IMG/VR virus record: IMGVR_UViG_3300042380_000159
Strand: one strand, 5' to 3'
DNA from: an uncultured virus (IMG/VR IMGVR_UViG_3300042380_000159)
Lineage: Duplodnaviria; Heunggongvirae; Uroviricota; Caudoviricetes
Length of the DNA stretch: 64,000 nt
Shown here: one piece after another, positions 63,217 through 64,000 of the stretch
Position numbering within the stretch: the first letter of the stretch is position 1
Layout: the number at the start of each line of letters is the position of its first letter
Notes under the pieces: model-generated
Database searches by the model: none
Told to the model about the DNA's origin: nothing
Seen by the model: the letters and a program-made list of their open reading frames with translations, nothing else
Translations under genes and position numbers: made by a program

Positions 63217-63477
63217 TCAGTTGTGCCGGTCGGTGTCGGGCAGGCTGGTCGCGGCAGACTTTGGTTGTAGGGCATACAGCAAGCGCGTCTGCTCTTTGAT
63301 CGCACTGCCGATCTCGCGTTGCGTCTCGCCCAGCTGCTGGACGAACTCCTGATGCGCCGCCACGAGCGGGAGCAGCACGTCCTGCCGCAGCACCCAGCCG
63401 AAGGCGATGGCCACCAAGGTGGGAAAGCCCCACCGCTCAATGATCGAAAAGAGTGTGTTCTTCGCTTCGTCGGTCAT
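63217..63477 (-). CDS. Holin-like membrane protein
   Basis: Ortholog of 24477-24737. Confidence 0.55.
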   Translation of the reverse strand: MTDEAKNTLFSIIERWGFPTLVAIAFGWVLRQDVLLPLVAAHQEFVQQLGETQREIGSAIKEQTRLLYALQPKSAATSLPDTDRHN

Positions 63478-63815
63478 CGCCGCATCTCCGTCTGCCACCC
63501 TACCAATGCAATGCGATTGCTGGCAGTTTTGAGCCACCACGCCAGGATCGCTTTGACGATCTCTTGAATGAGCACGCCCAGCACGAGCGAGAGGATGATG
63601 CCCATGCGGACGTTCTGCCGTTCGCTCCGCTCAATGCTCGCGGCCACCTGTTCGAGCATGACGCCGTAGCCCTCGGGCCGGGCCTGCGAGATCGCCACCG
63701 TGGGCCACTTGCGGACGACGCGCCGCACCAGGCGGGAGACGAGGGCTTTCCCGGCAAGGTGCTTCCTAGCCGAGAGGCTGGACCACACGGCGGCGTCGAG
63801 GTCTTCGAGGCTCAT
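63474..63815 (-). CDS. Membrane protein
   Basis: Ortholog of 24734-25075. Confidence 0.7.
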   Translation of the reverse strand: MSLEDLDAAVWSSLSARKHLAGKALVSRLVRRVVRKWPTVAISQARPEGYGVMLEQVAASIERSERQNVRMGIILSLVLGVLIQEIVKAILAWWLKTASNRIALVGWQTEMRR

Positions 63816-64000
63816 TTGGCCACCTTCTTTCCGGTGCCTTTGCAGACGGGGCAGGTCATCACAATCCGGCCGTCACCGATCTTGCCGGTGCCGTCGCAGT
63901 TGTCGCAGTTGTCGCTCTTCGGGGCGGGGGCCATCTCCTGCTTCAACTTCTCAGCCATGCGGGCCGTCTCGCAGGCGAGATCCGCCACGATGTCGGGATG
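63812..64000 (-). CDS. DnaJ-type zinc-finger lipoprotein (5' end outside window)
   Basis: CDNCDGTG and CPVCKGTG as in 25072-25332. Confidence 0.7.
   Translation of the reverse strand, partial: HPDIVADLACETARMAEKLKQEMAPAPKSDNCDNCDGTGKIGDGRIVMTCPVCKGTGKKVAK

Larger units (their letters stand above)
37801..64000. mobile_element. Phage unit 2 (partial, runs off the window), diverged sibling of unit 1
   Basis: Same gene order; portal, protease and head-tail connector near-identical, other modules diverged. Confidence 0.9.

Overview
The whole window is temperate-phage DNA with no host housekeeping genes, rRNA, tRNA or CRISPR array. It is a head-to-tail tandem of at least three related but clearly diverged HK97-like (siphovirus-type) genomes with a period of about 36.6 kb: the last ~1.2 kb of unit 0, all of unit 1 (~1.3-37.8 kb) and the first ~26 kb of unit 2. 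Each period has a + strand tyrosine recombinase followed by - strand genes: metallophosphoesterase/DUF1599-like, tail, head, packaging, a hypervariable accessory region, a putative lysis block with a papain-like peptidase, replication/recombination and an HTH regulator with its own operators. A Planctomycetota host is a moderate-confidence inference from the GAAAGGA(AGGTGATC) ribosome-binding sites and the FGE-type and Cys-rich domains. Main observations: (1) a slot-and-cassette accessory region in which conserved intergenic joints (stop codon followed by (TG)CGCTA/CGCTC) flank unrelated genes in the two units, with an extra internal tyrosine recombinase as candidate catalyst; (2) a hairpin with an invariant GAAAGGAAGGAAAA loop and fully covarying stem after both integrases; (3) a circularly permuted FGE/C-type-lectin domain in a collagen fibre; (4) a CTGCAAG-N17/18-TA(G/C)GCT late-promoter motif and an unannotated Ogr-like zinc finger. 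All calls come from reading the sequence and motifs; no searches were run, and a chimeric assembly of co-occurring phages cannot be excluded.
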